A stretch of 64,000 nucleotides of DNA from Octopus vulgaris (taxonomy: Eukaryota). The notes under the pieces are model-generated. The model made no database searches. It saw nothing but the letters and a program-made list of their open reading frames with translations, and was not told the origin of the DNA. The DNA lies in assembly GCA_951406725.2 (NCBI GenBank), contig OX597840.1:37882001-37946000 (forward strand), read 5' to 3'. Positions 1-13,590 of this stretch are shown piece by piece. Each line of letters starts with the position of its first letter. The stretch's first letter is position 1. Both the position numbers and the translations under genes were made by a program.

Positions 1-41
1 GGAGTTACAACACCTTTACTTGTGAGAATTTTGCTGCCCTG
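1..41 (+). CDS. Probable 3' end of an exon of an unidentified host gene, truncated by the window edge
   Basis: Non-repetitive 41 bp ending in CTG|GTAAGT followed by T-rich intron-like sequence. Two frames are open: SYNTFTCENFAAL (phase 0) and GVTTPLLVRILLP (phase 2). The protein is not recognised. Confidence 0.4.
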
Positions 42-96
42 GTAAGTATTTATTTATTTTTCTGTGTTAAGTGTTAACAAGGTAAAAATACACTCA

Positions 97-175
<79 letters not shown>

Positions 176-563
176 ATGTAGTATATATATGGATTATTTT
201 TCCATTTGAGAGTGGTCGATTTTTAGTATTCTCGTTTGTGAGAGCAGCTCAGATATTATCATTTTAAAAATCCTCTCCGGCTAATCGTTGAGAGGACGTT
301 GGTGTTACTTTGGCAGACTTTTGCGATCTCTGAGTGCTCTTGTTATTGTTGTTATTATTGAAAGCGACGAATTATGAATGCTTACAGCTCTTTACGTTTT
401 CCGTTTCAATCCCTCCTTGATCAACTGGAATATTGATCTATTTGGGGTCGATAAAATAAAGTACCAGTCAAGTACAATGGTTGGTGGCTGCGAATAATCC
501 CATCCTCTTTGAATTCCTACTCTACTGCCGGATTCAGAAACCAGTATTCTTATCCTCAAAAAA

Positions 564-866
564 AGTAGTAGTAGTAGTATTAGTAGTAGTAGTAGTATTA
601 GTAGTAGTAGTAGCAGCTTTAGTAGTGGTAGCAGCAGCAGTAGTAGCAGCAATAGCAGTAGTGGTAGTAGTAGTAGTAGCAGCAGTAGTGGTTGTACCAG
701 TAGTAGTAATAGCAGCAGCATTAGTAAGTAACGGTGGTAGTAGTATTATTAGTAGTGCAGCAGCAGCAGTAGGCGTAGTAGTAGAAGTAGTAGTAGCAGC
801 AGCAGTAGTAGTAGTAGTGGTTGTTGTTTTTTATTGTTTGTTTGTTGTTTGTTGTTGTTGTTGTTG
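564..866. repeat. Compound trinucleotide microsatellite (TAG/CAG/TTG)n
   Basis: Seen directly; explains the poly-L, poly-V and poly-A ORFs at 392-1039. Confidence 0.95.
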
Positions 867-1299
867 CAGTCTGATGTGGCTTCCATTATTCTTTCGCTCA
901 GGTAAAAACCTTCTCGAGACTCGAGCAAATTGTAAATCTGTCTCAATAGCTTCGATTTGATGTATGTTATTGCCCTTCCGCTTACGTGAAGGGAATCCTC
1001 TTCAGGTAGGTAAGACTTTACCACCACCACCACCACCACCGCCCTTGTTGTTGTTGCTGCTGTTATTGTTTTTGCAATTGTTCTTCTTGTTGGTCTACTT
1101 ATTTGTTTTCTTTATTCTTTTTTCTCTTCTGTTCATAAATTTCTCTTCCCTCACATCCGTCTCTGCCTCCTCGATTTCCTTCCGAGGTGGGACATTACAT
1201 TGTTCTTTAGTTTCTTGAATTCAAAATTATTGCCAAACTCTTATTATCAAATTGTCTGCGTACCCCTCAACGAAACAGGTACTCGCGCACAATCAACGC

Positions 1300-1648
1300 A
1301 TGTGTATCTATTTTTATACACCATATTACACACATATATACACATATGAGTTTGCATGTATACATATATACAAATATACGCGTATAGATATATACATATG
1401 TGTGTCTCTGTGTATGTATGTATACATATAAAGAGACGTACACGTGTAGATATATACATGTGTGTGTCTGTGTGCATGTATGTATACATAAATAACTGTA
1501 TATAAATGTGTATAGATACGTGGGAATAGATAGAGTTATACACATTTGAATATAAACATTGTATAATACATATACATGTACATATCTAGAAATATAAAAG
1601 TACATATCTATGTATGTATATATATATGTATAAGTATATATATATGTA

Positions 1649-1697
<49 letters not shown>

Positions 1698-1714
1698 TAC
1701 ATATATACACATAC

Positions 1715-1775
<61 letters not shown>

Positions 1776-1833
1776 TATATATGTATATATATGTATATAT
1801 GTATATATCTATGTATGTATGAATGTATGTATG

Positions 1834-1873
<40 letters not shown>

Positions 1874-2557
1874 CACAATTTAATATTATTATGTAATAGA
1901 GGGCCTTGTGTACAGTTGGTATGTTTTGCTTAACTGTCAACTTTTCTCCCTGCTCTCTCTCTCACTCTCACTCCCTCTAGCACTCTGTCTTTGTCTCTCT
2001 GCTCCTCATTCTCTCTCCCCTCTCATCCTCTCTTTGTCTCTCTCTGTCTCACTCTCTTCCTCTTTCCCTTAAAATTTCTGTTTTTTCACCATCTTATTTT
2101 GATATTGGAGAATTTGAGAATTGTTTTCGTCCCTTTTTATTTTAACTTCAAGTAATAAAAACTGTCTTTTCTTTAAACAACGGCAAAGTGTAACTTATAC
2201 TTATATATGTATGCATGTATGTATGTATGTGTGCATGTATGTACGTACGCCTGAATGTATGTATGTATATATGTATTATGCATGTATATATGTATATATG
2301 TATGTATATATGTAAGTATGTATGTATGTACATATGTATGTTTATATGTATGTATGCGTGCATGTATATATCTATTTATATATGTATGTATATATGCATA
2401 TACGTATGTATGTATATATGCATGTATATATTAACATATAACAACACACAAACACAGATAACATCTATATATATTTATTTATTTATAACATTTATATATA
2501 TATATTTATTTATTTATAACATTTATATGTATATATTTATTTATTTATAATATTTAT

Positions 2558-2616
<59 letters not shown>

Positions 2617-2651
2617 TACATGGAATATATGCACACACATAGAAACACACA

Positions 2652-2709
<58 letters not shown>

Positions 2710-2815
2710 TACATATACATAATATACATGCATATATACATATTTTTTTGTATGTGTGCGCGTGTGTGTGTGTGTAGAGCGAGAGAGAGACATATAGAAA
2801 GAGAGAGAGAGCTAC
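1300..2815. repeat. Degenerate (TA)n/(TATG)n/(CA)n/(CT)n microsatellite block
   Basis: Seen directly; source of the YI- and CMYV-repeat ORFs. Confidence 0.9.
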
Positions 2816-3589
2816 CCACATACGTACACGTACTTGTGCGCGAGTAGTATCATCTGTAGGCCGAGACTGTTTATCTCGTGTCTAAATGTATTTCCTTTCC
2901 TTCCAGTTTTAGGCAAAAGAAAGGAAGCAACACGAAAGAGAGAAGTTAGTTCGACGCACACACAAATACGCACCGAGTCGCTGCCTCGCAAACGTCTCTG
3001 CTTTCATTTCATTTCCTTCGTTCACTCATTGTTTCGTTCCTTTTTTCCTTCCTTCATTCATGGCTTGCCTTCATTTATTTTGTTTTGTTTCCTTCGCTAA
3101 AGGTACATCAAGGAGAGACAAATGGATCGCTCCTTTAACTTCGTTACGAAGCAGCCTGTCATGGCGGATAGATCTCTATAAATCAATACAAAAGACTTGG
3201 CTTGCATTTACAATTACGCTGCTGCGCAAAACTTTCCGAAAATACAGGAAGCCTCCTCGGGAGGTTGTTAGCAGTGCTAGAAATAGCATGCAAATACCCT
3301 TTCAATCACAACTCTGTCTGATTTAGCTTCAAATTTGGGATTAAGGACAGTGATTTCGGTTGAGAAATAAATCGATTACATCGACGCCGGTGCTAGGTAG
3401 GTTCTTATTTGATCGACCAATTCAGCGATACTTTATATTTTCGTGTGTGATCTTGCTCCATTTACTCCATTCCAGAATGGAGTTCCGGTAAAATTAGAAC
3501 TATAATAAACGAGTGAAGAACAAATATATAGTGCGTGTGTGTATTTGAAACAAAACGGCCGTCCCGAAATACAACAATGTCTTTAAGTT

Positions 3590-3831
3590 TTTTCATTATT
3601 TTCGTCATCAGACTGCGGCCATCATGGGGCACGGCGTTGAAGAACTTTTAGTCAAACGAATCGATCCTAGTACTTATTTGTTAAAAGTCTGGCAGTTATT
3701 CTATCGGTCACTTTTGTTTGTTTATTAACGGGATGTAAAGAAACCAACACTGGTGGTGAAGCGCTGATGCGGGACAAATACAGACAAATTGATACACACA
3801 TACCTGTATGTATATATATGTATATATGTCC

Positions 3832-3875
<44 letters not shown>

Positions 3876-4651
3876 CACACCTATACATACACACACGTAC
3901 ACGTCAAGACCACGCGCAAATAGTACTCTCTTACATACGCGCACCTTCGTTTTGGGATCACTATTAGTTTGTTATCTCCCCAACTTCTTCGCTCTCCTGT
4001 GTGACCCCTCTGTCTGGCAGTCGCCATGATAGATCGGTAGCCACTACACACATTTTTTCTCTCCTTGATTCTCTCCTTGTGTGCTCCTTTCTGTGGAAGA
4101 GCGTAGGTTCGAAATGTTAAATACTTTTTCGACTCTCGAGAGTTATACTAATACATCTGTTTGTTTTCTACACCACCTGTCTTCGTCTTTTTCGTGAATT
4201 CTCCCCATATATATATATACATATATATATATATGTTGTGGCACTCCGTCGGTTACGACGACGAGGTTTCCATTTGATCCGCTCAACGTGCACGTGACTG
4301 AGCACTCCACAGACACGTGTACACTTAACGTAGTTCTCAGGGAGATTCTGCGTATCACTGGCCCATTGCACCTCCACGTATGTATGTATGTATGTATGTA
4401 TGTATGTATGCATGCATGCATGTATGTATGTATGTATGTATGTATATATACAAATACACACGTACACATACTCACACATACACACACATTTACGAATTTT
4501 ATCAATTTCCGCTTACCAAATCCACTCATAAGATATTGGTCAGTCCGAGATTTTAGTAGAAGACAATTGCATAAAGCGCCATGCCGTGGGACTGAACCTG
4601 GCTCCATAGTGTTGGAAAGCAAACTGTTTGACACACAGCCACGCTAGCGCC
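3590..4651 (-). mobile_element. tRNA-derived SINE family A copy, split by nested insertions in its internal microsatellite
   Basis: The 3' half (3590-3810) and 5' half (about 4480-4651) match the full copies at 24689 and 28124. The intervening sequence belongs to other repeats. Confidence 0.7.
3905..4205 (+). mobile_element. Penelope-like 3'-end fragment with a degenerate hammerhead-like core
   Basis: gaagagcgtaggttcgaaatg...taatacatctgtttgtt...gtcttc is shared with 23925-24030 on the minus strand. Flanked by (TA)n. The Penelope assignment is an inference. Confidence 0.45.
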
Positions 4652-5157
4652 TGTTACTACACAGTTAAATCACGTCTGTAATTACCCAGTTTTTACCTGT
4701 CAAAAGGTAAAATAAAACGCAACGCATTTATTTGTTAACAGAATCACCGTCCTGTTTCTTGCCGTTATTTTATCTGCAGAACAGACAGTCGTGCAAAATA
4801 TGCAGCAAGCTTTAACCACATATAACTACCGTGATATATGGACACTAATATATGTACATTAATATATTATTGTGATATAGGTATCTAGCAATACAATTAG
4901 TAAGCGGTATCGGGAGATATAATTGCAAGGACTGCGAACTGAAATATATTCACACACTTTCATATATAAATACAAAGGTGATATAATTTCTGTCAGATGT
5001 TACCAGGTATAATAGTCCATACACACACGCATACGTACGGACATATATATATATGTGTGTGTGTTTATGTATATATATATATATATATATATTTATATAC
5101 ATTTATATATATACATACACACATGTATATATAGATATAGATATATATACATATTTA

Positions 5158-5188
<31 letters not shown>

Positions 5189-5350
5189 GTATGTATATAT
5201 GTACATATTTGCGTTATACATATTTGCATTATTACGTGTATATCTATATTTATACACGCAAAGTCAAATTTTTATATGTGTGTGTTTATGTGTGCGTTTG
5301 TGTGTGCGTGTATGTGTGTATATGTCAAGATGGGCATAGAAAGTAAGAGA

Positions 5351-5414
<64 letters not shown>

Positions 5415-6363
5415 AGTTAACCATATAGTTTTCACATACACGCATACACCCACACATTTGTATGTATATATATATATATATATATACATCATATATATAT
5501 GCATGGTATATAATGTGTATGTGTGTGTGTAGGTTCTCTTATTTATGTATGCAAAAATACTGCATTCGCATGCATATTTGCTACATAATTTGTTGCAGCT
5601 ATTAGCAGCTATAATTGGTAATGTAGGAAAGTATATTCAAACACTAAGCACACGGCTATAAAGATATATTCACACTCTCATATACGCGCGCATAAAGTTA
5701 ACTGTCATCAGCTGTACATGACAATAATAAAGGCTTGGGATTTCGTGTACCATACATCCAATTAAAGATCTGACAGAGAGAAAAATGTATTAATACGAAC
5801 ACAGACACAGGCCCACACACATACACACAATTATGCATGACATACTGTTAGTTATAGTAGTTAGTAGGCAGAAAAAAATATTAAAATACTGACCGCATAT
5901 GAATAGAGATACTTTCACATGAAGCTTTACATTTAGACAGGGATACAATAAGATTTAAATTATTGTTGGTTATCATTGTTAGTTAGTACAAAATACCGTG
6001 AAATATTCGCTATGTGTGTACAGTAATATATTAAGACGTAGATATCTCTGTGTAATGATATTTAGCTATAGTGAATCATTCAGATATTACTAGCCATAAT
6101 GGTAAGTAGAGGACGATATATTCAAATACTGAAGACATGTCTGTTATTTAGAGAAGCGTTCCTATTAATAATCTGATTCGGAAATCGTTTGACAAAAACG
6201 TATGCAACACATCTCCATACACAAGCAGAAGTAAGTCAGATCCAAAACGAAACGAATCGAAAGCATAAATAGATTGCTTAAAACGTTAAGCAGGATCGTC
6301 TCTGTCTACAAACATAATACATATATATATATACATACGTACATGCATACATATGTATGTATG

Positions 6364-6399
<36 letters not shown>

Positions 6400-6594
6400 C
6401 ATATGTATGTATATATATATATAATCATATATACATACTTGTATATCTCTCTCTCTATATATATATATACATACATGTATATCTATATGTCTATATCTAT
6501 CTATATATATAAGTTTTTATGTTTCTCTATAATTCTACATATATATGCATATATATATATATATACACACATATATATGGATGTATATATATAT

Positions 6595-6645
<51 letters not shown>

Positions 6646-6876
6646 GATATATATACGTATGCATATGTGTATATGTACATATCTGTTTGCATTATTACGT
6701 GTACATCTATATTTATACACGCAAATTCAAATATGCATATGTGTATGTGTATGTGTGCGTTTATGTGTTTGAGTGCATGTATATATCAAGATGGGCATAG
6801 AAAGAGAATATATATATATATGTATGTACAGATAACCACATAGTTTTCACACACATACACGCACACATATGTATGA

Positions 6877-6939
<63 letters not shown>

Positions 6940-7648
6940 TATCCTCCTGAAAGCCTTTCAGAATACTAAACGAAGCAGATCGATATTCCATGCAGAGGTC
7001 ATAGCTTCTACCGGCTGCAAACTCACAATCTATGATCAAAACCAACATCCAAATTGACAATTCCACTCTCTCTTCCCTCCTTCCTTTCCATTCCTCTTCA
7101 CTCCGACCCCCTCATCTCTCACCCGTGCCTCTACCACAGGTGATTAAATAAATTATTAGATTCCAGGTTCAATACTACCAACCGATCGGCTTTACGAGTC
7201 ATCATATTTCGGCCGAACTTATGTGTACAAGGCATAACATTTATTATAAGCGAACATCATTGCCAGTTTTATTTCGGGAAAATCCTCACTACTCTAGTGA
7301 AAGTGTTAATGTTATACGCTATAATGGTTCCAGTAGTATCAATAATAATAATAATATCATCGACGACATAGAGGATGAGTAGATTACTGTATGGATGGTT
7401 TTGTTCTTTTCTCTTTAGTCCGCTAATCGATATCGAGAGTGAAACGGAACAAATAAAACCAAACGATAATTCCTTTCAGTAACAGAATCGTAATAGATGT
7501 TCAACTTAATGGAATGTCCCTTTTGTGTAGGACAAAGAAGACACAGATACAAATACACATACATGAATACATAGATATCTGTATATACACACACATACAC
7601 ACGGACCATATATAGATTTCACATATACAATAAAATATTATAAATTAC

Positions 7649-7717
<69 letters not shown>

Positions 7718-8019
7718 GATATATACATATAAATGTTATATGTGGAACAGTATAGAATGCATACCGCCAAAAGTGGCGGCGTTTTAAAATATGTTCAAAC
7801 TGGTATTTAATAAAGGCATCGACGTAGGAAATCTTTTCTATATTTAATACAAACTTGTATAAAAGTATAATTGAATTATTATTGAAAATAATTTGTACCA
7901 TTGGTTCCATTCAGAAGGAAAATTTTCAGGGAATGTTTTGTGTCAATTGAATTAACAATGTTAAAATATATTCTTCTTTTTGTTTTCATTCAAAATCCTA
8001 CAGATTTCTCAACAGATAG

Positions 8020-8596
8020 GCCCAAAGGGGACTAAACAGAAAGGGGACAAACAAGGACGGAGAAGGAGATTAAGTTGATTATATCGACACCAGTGCATAA
8101 CTGGTACTTATATAATCGACGGCGAAAGGATGAAAGGCAAAGTTGACTTCGGCGGAATTTGAACGCAGAACGTAACGGGAAACGAAATACCTATTTCTTT
8201 ACTACCCACAAGGGGCTAAACACAGAGAGGACAAACACGGACAGACAAACGGATTAAGTCGATTATATCGACACCAGTGCATAACTGGTATTTATATAAT
8301 CGACGGTGAAAGGATGAAAGGCAAAGTCGACCTCGGCGGAATTTGAACTCAGAACGTAGCGGCAGACGAAATACCTATCTCTTTACTACCCACAAGGGGC
8401 TAAACACAGCGAGGATAAACAACCGGATGAAGTCGATTATATCTACCCCAATGCGTAACTGGTACTTATTTAATCGACCCCGAAGGGATGAAAGGCAAAG
8501 TCGACCTCGGCGGAATTTGAACTCAGAACGTAACGGCAAACGAAATACCGCTATGCACTTCGCTCGGCGTGCTAGCGATTATACCAGCTTGCCGCC
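8020..8596 (-). mobile_element. tRNA-derived SINE family B, head-to-tail trimer
   Basis: Three units of about 180-190 bp, each with a B-box-like G(A/C)GTTCAAATTCC and a CCTTTCATCC...GTCGAT core. Only the first unit has the 5' head. Confidence 0.85.
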
Positions 8597-8747
8597 CTAT
8601 TTACTGAATTTCTCCACGGTTACTTCTGAAATGTAAAGCAGTATGATGTTTATTGAAAACCATATATATAAATATAAATATATAAGCTTTGAAGCAGTAA
8701 CACTTCCTCTTTTCCTCTGCCAGATTGACTATTAAATACAAACATAG

Positions 8748-8893
8748 TGTGGTGAGGTGAATGAATTGTTAGCAAGCTGGGCAAAATGCTTAAAACTATT
8801 TCACCCGTCGCTACATTCGGAGATCAAATTCCGCCGAAGTCGACTATACGTTTCGTCCTTTCGGTGTCGATGTAATCGGTTAGTCCCCTCGCC
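8748..8893 (+). mobile_element. SINE family B, diverged copy
   Basis: ttagcaagctgggcaaaatgc...gatcaaattccgccgaagtcgac...tcctttcggtgtcgat matches family B. Confidence 0.75.
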
Positions 8894-9130
8894 CATCGTT
8901 TCAGATTGTCTTTTAGCTTGTCTTTCAAACGCAAAAGTGGCTTTCCAACTGCCCTTCCTGTTGGGAATTGGCCAAAGAGAAGTTGTTTCGGAATCGTGAT
9001 ATCACTCGTACATGAGAGATGACCCGACAATCTAAGCTGTATGTTTTTTTTAGGGTAGCTTCAATGCATGTTGTAAGTGCCTGACTGTTATGAATATGGT
9101 CAATCACTTTTATTTTGGAGAGAGTACGCA
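8893..9130 (-). mobile_element. RTE-clade LINE ORF C-terminal fragment (decayed)
   Basis: Translations IEATLKK, SGHLS and IPKQLLFGQFPTGRAVGKPLLRLKDKLKDNLK match the RTE C-terminal pattern W.GH..RM...R.PKQLL.G....G.R..G.P..R.KD..K. Confidence 0.75.
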
Positions 9131-9709
9131 AGCCCGACATGAAAACCATCAAGCTGATTAATGTTCTTTCGCTACAGAGTCCAAAATTGATTGCTATAAA
9201 GCAACATTTCGAAATATCCAATACCTGGACACCCCTAAACATACATGCGCACTCACCATTTATTAAAACTACCGTCTCCATTTCTCTCCCCTTCTGTCTC
9301 TCTATCTGAATCTCTCTTTCTCTCACTCTCTCTCTCTGTGATTTTCTCCCTTTCTATTTCTAGTTATTTTTTACGCCTTCATTCTAATATGACATATGCA
9401 AAAATAGAGAGGTACAGCAGTTTTAATTTAAATGCTGAAAAGTATAACATCAGTTAAAGGCATCAATGTAATGAACACTAGTCTTATGGGCTTCAGGCCA
9501 GCTTTCACTTTCGTCATTGTGTTATGAAATTCATGAATTTTATTTCGGATTTTGTGCAACAACTCCGGGGGTATAATGGGAATGCATTACTGACATGCCT
9601 CTGGTAAAGGAGAACCAATGCTATTGCGTTTCTTTCTATTCTGTATAATTTTACGCTGTCGGAATGGTTCCTTAACAAGGTACAATGCCGTAACATAAAA
9701 CTAGCATTA

Positions 9710-10415
9710 TGAAACCAAACAGATGGCAGGAATTACAAAATGGTAGAAGAGAGAAGTGAAGAATATTGATACCAAAACCCGAAAAATGTTGTCAGTACAC
9801 GGAGCCTTCCATCCTGAGAGTCACATCCATAGGCTGTACTTGATCAGTTGCCAGGACTGTATAGAAGCAAAGTATAACAGCTTAGTGTGATATATAAAAA
9901 ATTCCGCGGAGCTACTGTTGAAACACACGAAGAAGGGGGGCGTCATGAAAACTGAAAATTGTGTAACGAAAGAAAAATTAAGCAAGAAATGAACAGAAAA
10001 AAGAAAAAAAGGCATGGAAAGAAAAGAAAATATACCGTCAGTTTGCAATAAATGTGAACGCAAAGACAGATATTGAAGACACAATGGTTATGGATGAGGA
10101 GGAATGATATGAGACAGAAGCACTCATATGCGCAGCTCAGGAACAGGTGTTAAGAACCAACTATATGAAGTGCAGTATAGACAACACTACCCATAGCGAT
10201 AAGTGCAGAATTTGTGGTGAGAGGGGTGAAATGGTATGGCACATCGCTAGCGAATGTCCGAAATTGGTACAACGCGAATGCAAAGTACGCCATGACAATG
10301 TGGCAAGAATGATCCATTGGGAGCTCTGTGGAATTCACGGTTTACAACGAAGAAAGACGTGTTATGAGCAAACTCCAGAAGGAGAAACCGAAAATGAGAA
10401 ATGCAAAATCCTGTG
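9710..10415 (+). mobile_element. R4/Dong-like (RLE-type) non-LTR retrotransposon fragment, from the RT thumb to the CCHC knuckle
   Basis: IDTKTRKMLSVHGAFHPESHIHRLYL and AQEQVLRTNY...KCRICGERGEMVWHIASECPKL...RHDNVARMIHWELC...ENEKCKIL show the CCHC knuckle and RHD motif of RLE LINEs. Frameshifted. Confidence 0.85.
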
Positions 10416-10444
10416 AGAAACTGGACATTGTTAGCCTATCTGCT

Positions 10445-10645
10445 ATAAGTACAAGGCCTCATGTGTGGGGCGAGGGGACTAGTCGTTTACAACGACCCCA
10501 GTGTTTCACTGATACTTAATTTATCGAGCACGATAGAATGAAAAGCAAAGTCGACATCGGCGGAATTTGAACTCAAAACATGAAGACAGACGAAATGCCG
10601 CTACGCATTTTGCCCGGCGTGCTAACGATTCTGACACCTCACCAA
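10445..10645 (-). mobile_element. SINE family B monomer
   Basis: gaaaagcaaagtcgacatcggcggaatttgaactc...cgaaatgccgctacgcattttgcccggcgtgctaacg. Confidence 0.8.
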
Positions 10646-10646
10646 C

Positions 10647-10689
<43 letters not shown>

Positions 10690-11013
10690 TATTGATACTG
10701 ATTTTAATGATAATAATGATGATGACGATAATGATAAGAAATGATAATAGTTATATTGGTTGTGATAATGATGATGATACATATATGCATGCTCACACAC
10801 GAACAAACATCTCAAATTATTTTACGCTTTTATCATTGGACTGCGTCCAAGCCAGAGGACCGCGCCGGAAAAGGTTTAGTCAAAGAAATCGACTCCAGCC
10901 CTTGTTTCGCTTACAGCCACACACACACACACACACTCTCTCTCTCTCTCGCCCTCTCCCTCTCTCCTTATCTCTCTCACACACACAGAGACTCACATGT
11001 ATGTATGTATGTT

Positions 11014-11071
<58 letters not shown>

Positions 11072-12487
11072 CGTACATACATACATACATATTTATATGT
11101 CTCTGTGTGTGTACCTGTATATGTATGTATGAATGTATTTATGTATATCTCTCTCTCTCTATACATACACACACACACATACACACACATATGCATGTAT
11201 ATATACATAAACAGAGATACTAAATAGATACTAAGAGTGAGATAATGTACAAAAAGTTATGAGAGACGAAATAGCACTGTTTACCATTACTTTTCATTAC
11301 TTCATTCCCAGATCCTTGTGCTTTCATTCCATTTTGCCTAAAGCTAGGTGCTGCATACTTTCAGCTCCTGTCCGAAAATACATTAGCTTAATGTTCCCAC
11401 GGCTATTTTGATATGTTTATGCGTGTGTGTGTGCATGTGTATGCTCGTACGTGTGTGTGCGATTTGTTAATCTTCTGGTGAAACGAGACACACGTAGAGA
11501 GATATGTCGTAATGTTGAAGATATTAAACGATTTGAAATACCCCATAAACCTCCCGTTGCGTAGATTTACCATAACACATGGTAAAGAATTATTACTCGA
11601 TATCTTATAATAATACTTTGGGCGTAATGACGTCAGTTTGCGGAGAAATTTTATAAAATATTTAAGATTTACGTTATAATTAACGTCTCCTTTGGGTTAA
11701 TGGAGAATAGAAAATTTAAGTTTTGTGGAAGAGAAGCTTTTGAGGTAAATGACATCACACGTTGAACAGGTAAAAATAACAACTGATTAAGTCGAAATCC
11801 TGAGCATTAGATATAAAATAAAATTTGTGGATGGGTGACTTCTCTTAATTAAGACGGTTCGGGGCGCATTTTTATACCGTTGCCGCTGATATTTAAAGGA
11901 AGCGATGTAATTATCGATGGTCGTTGATCTTTTATTTAAATAATATGCAGCCTTAGAGAAATTCACAGCAATGCGGCTTGAGCTTACAAAGTTTATACAC
12001 ACACGCGCAGGCACACATTTTATAGCAGGTTAATAACCTCATGACGTCCATTTTCTAAAGCTCCGTTGCAATAACATTAACGAATGATTAAGAAACTGTG
12101 ATGCGAACCAGATAAACTGAAGTTAAGTTTCGTAGATAGACCAGCAGAAAAATTTGTATCCCGCTGGAACAACAGGGTCACCTCGCACTCTTGGAAGAAA
12201 AACATTTACTGACAAAGGAGACAAACTAATACTCCTAGCTTTTATCCGGACATTTCAGGATGCTCTGAATGTACCATGATCTACCATCATGAAAAGAGAG
12301 ATATAGTTACAATTATAAAAAGCTGACCCGATTTTAGATTATTTCTCTTGACTAATTTTGGTGTTTATATTTTGTAATTTCTATTATTGATTCTTATTGT
12401 TATTACTTTATTTGGTATTTTTTTTATTACGTTTATATATTTGTTGTACAAGATTTTTTATGTGAAGTCGTGTGTTGAAACAGATAT

Positions 12488-12808
12488 TGTTATATTTCGG
12501 AATGGTCACTTTGCCAGTTTAGCCAATAAAAACACACGCACTATATATTTGGTGTTACTTTGCTTCAGTGTTATTTATTTTTTACATTAATCTTAAAATT
12601 ATTTCGGTTAGTAAGGAGAGACACAAATAAGAAAGAAGAAAGCAAAGGACCACTGATGCGGTCACAGGAGTGTGACGAAAGAACTCTAGCCGAAATAAGA
12701 TTAAGATTAATGTAAAAATGTATATCACTGAAGCAAAGTAACACCAAATGTATAGTGCGTGTGTTTTTATTGGCTAAACTGGCAATATAACCATTCCGAA
12801 ATACAACA
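12488..12808. mobile_element. Penelope-like terminal repeat arranged as an inverted pair (arms of about 120 bp) with an HHR in the spacer
   Basis: 12488-12611 is the reverse complement of 12686-12808. Same family as 19178-19420 and 42510-42660. Confidence 0.75.
12647..12691 (+). ncRNA. Type I hammerhead ribozyme motif with a mutated core (A9 to C)
   Basis: GGACCA CTGATGCG GTCACA-GGAG-TGTGAC GAAA GAACTC|TAGCC. The intact paralog is at 19300-19344. Confidence 0.65.
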
Positions 12809-12900
12809 TTTTTTTTTATCTTATACGTATATTTGGTTATTTGTTTCTGAGTATAGAGAAAATGTTGAAAATAGTGTGCGTGTGTGTGTATAGTTATATA

Positions 12901-13186
12901 CTCTTTTACACTTTTACTTTTTCCAGTCATTTGATTGTGGCCATGCTGGAGCATCGCTTTTAGTCGAGAAAATCGACCCCAGGACTTATTCTTTATAAGG
13001 CCAGTACTTATTCCACCAATATCTTTGGCCGAACCGCTCAGTTACGGGGACGTAAACACACCAGCGTCGGTTGTCAAGCGACACACATACATATACACAA
13101 ATACATACATACATGCATATATATATACGACGGGCGTCTTTCAGTTTCCGTCTATCTAATCCACTCACAAGGCTTTGGTCGGACCG
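12901..13186 (-). mobile_element. SINE family A, 5'-truncated
   Basis: The tail ctcttttac...gtcatttgattgtggccatgctggagc and the body match 28124-28547. Confidence 0.85.
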
Positions 13187-13224
13187 TTCTATCAATCATT
13201 CTATCTATTTATCTATCTATTCAA

Positions 13225-13257
<33 letters not shown>

Positions 13258-13425
13258 CCCCTGTCTCTCTCCTCACACATACACACAAATATATATTCTG
13301 CAATAGATTTTAGAATTTTCCTATTGGTAAGCAGTTATATCTATATCTATATTTCCACATACGTTTGCGTTATCTATGGCGCTCCTCTCTTTGCTATCCT
13401 GCATACCTGTATGCGCGTATGCCTG

Positions 13426-13430
<5 letters not shown>

Positions 13431-13459
<29 letters not shown>

Positions 13460-13590
13460 TGTATGTATGTATGTATGTATGTATGTATGTATGTATGTAT
13501 GTATGTATGTATGTATGTATGTATGTATGTATGTATGTGTGTATGTATGTATATATGTATGTCTATATATGCATCTATGTATGTATGTAG
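13431..13590. repeat. (TATG)n microsatellite
   Basis: Seen directly. Confidence 0.95.

Noticed and set aside
8020-8596. Regularly spaced repeats superficially like a CRISPR array
   Set aside because: Whole units are homologous with no unique spacers. It is a SINE multimer in eukaryotic DNA.
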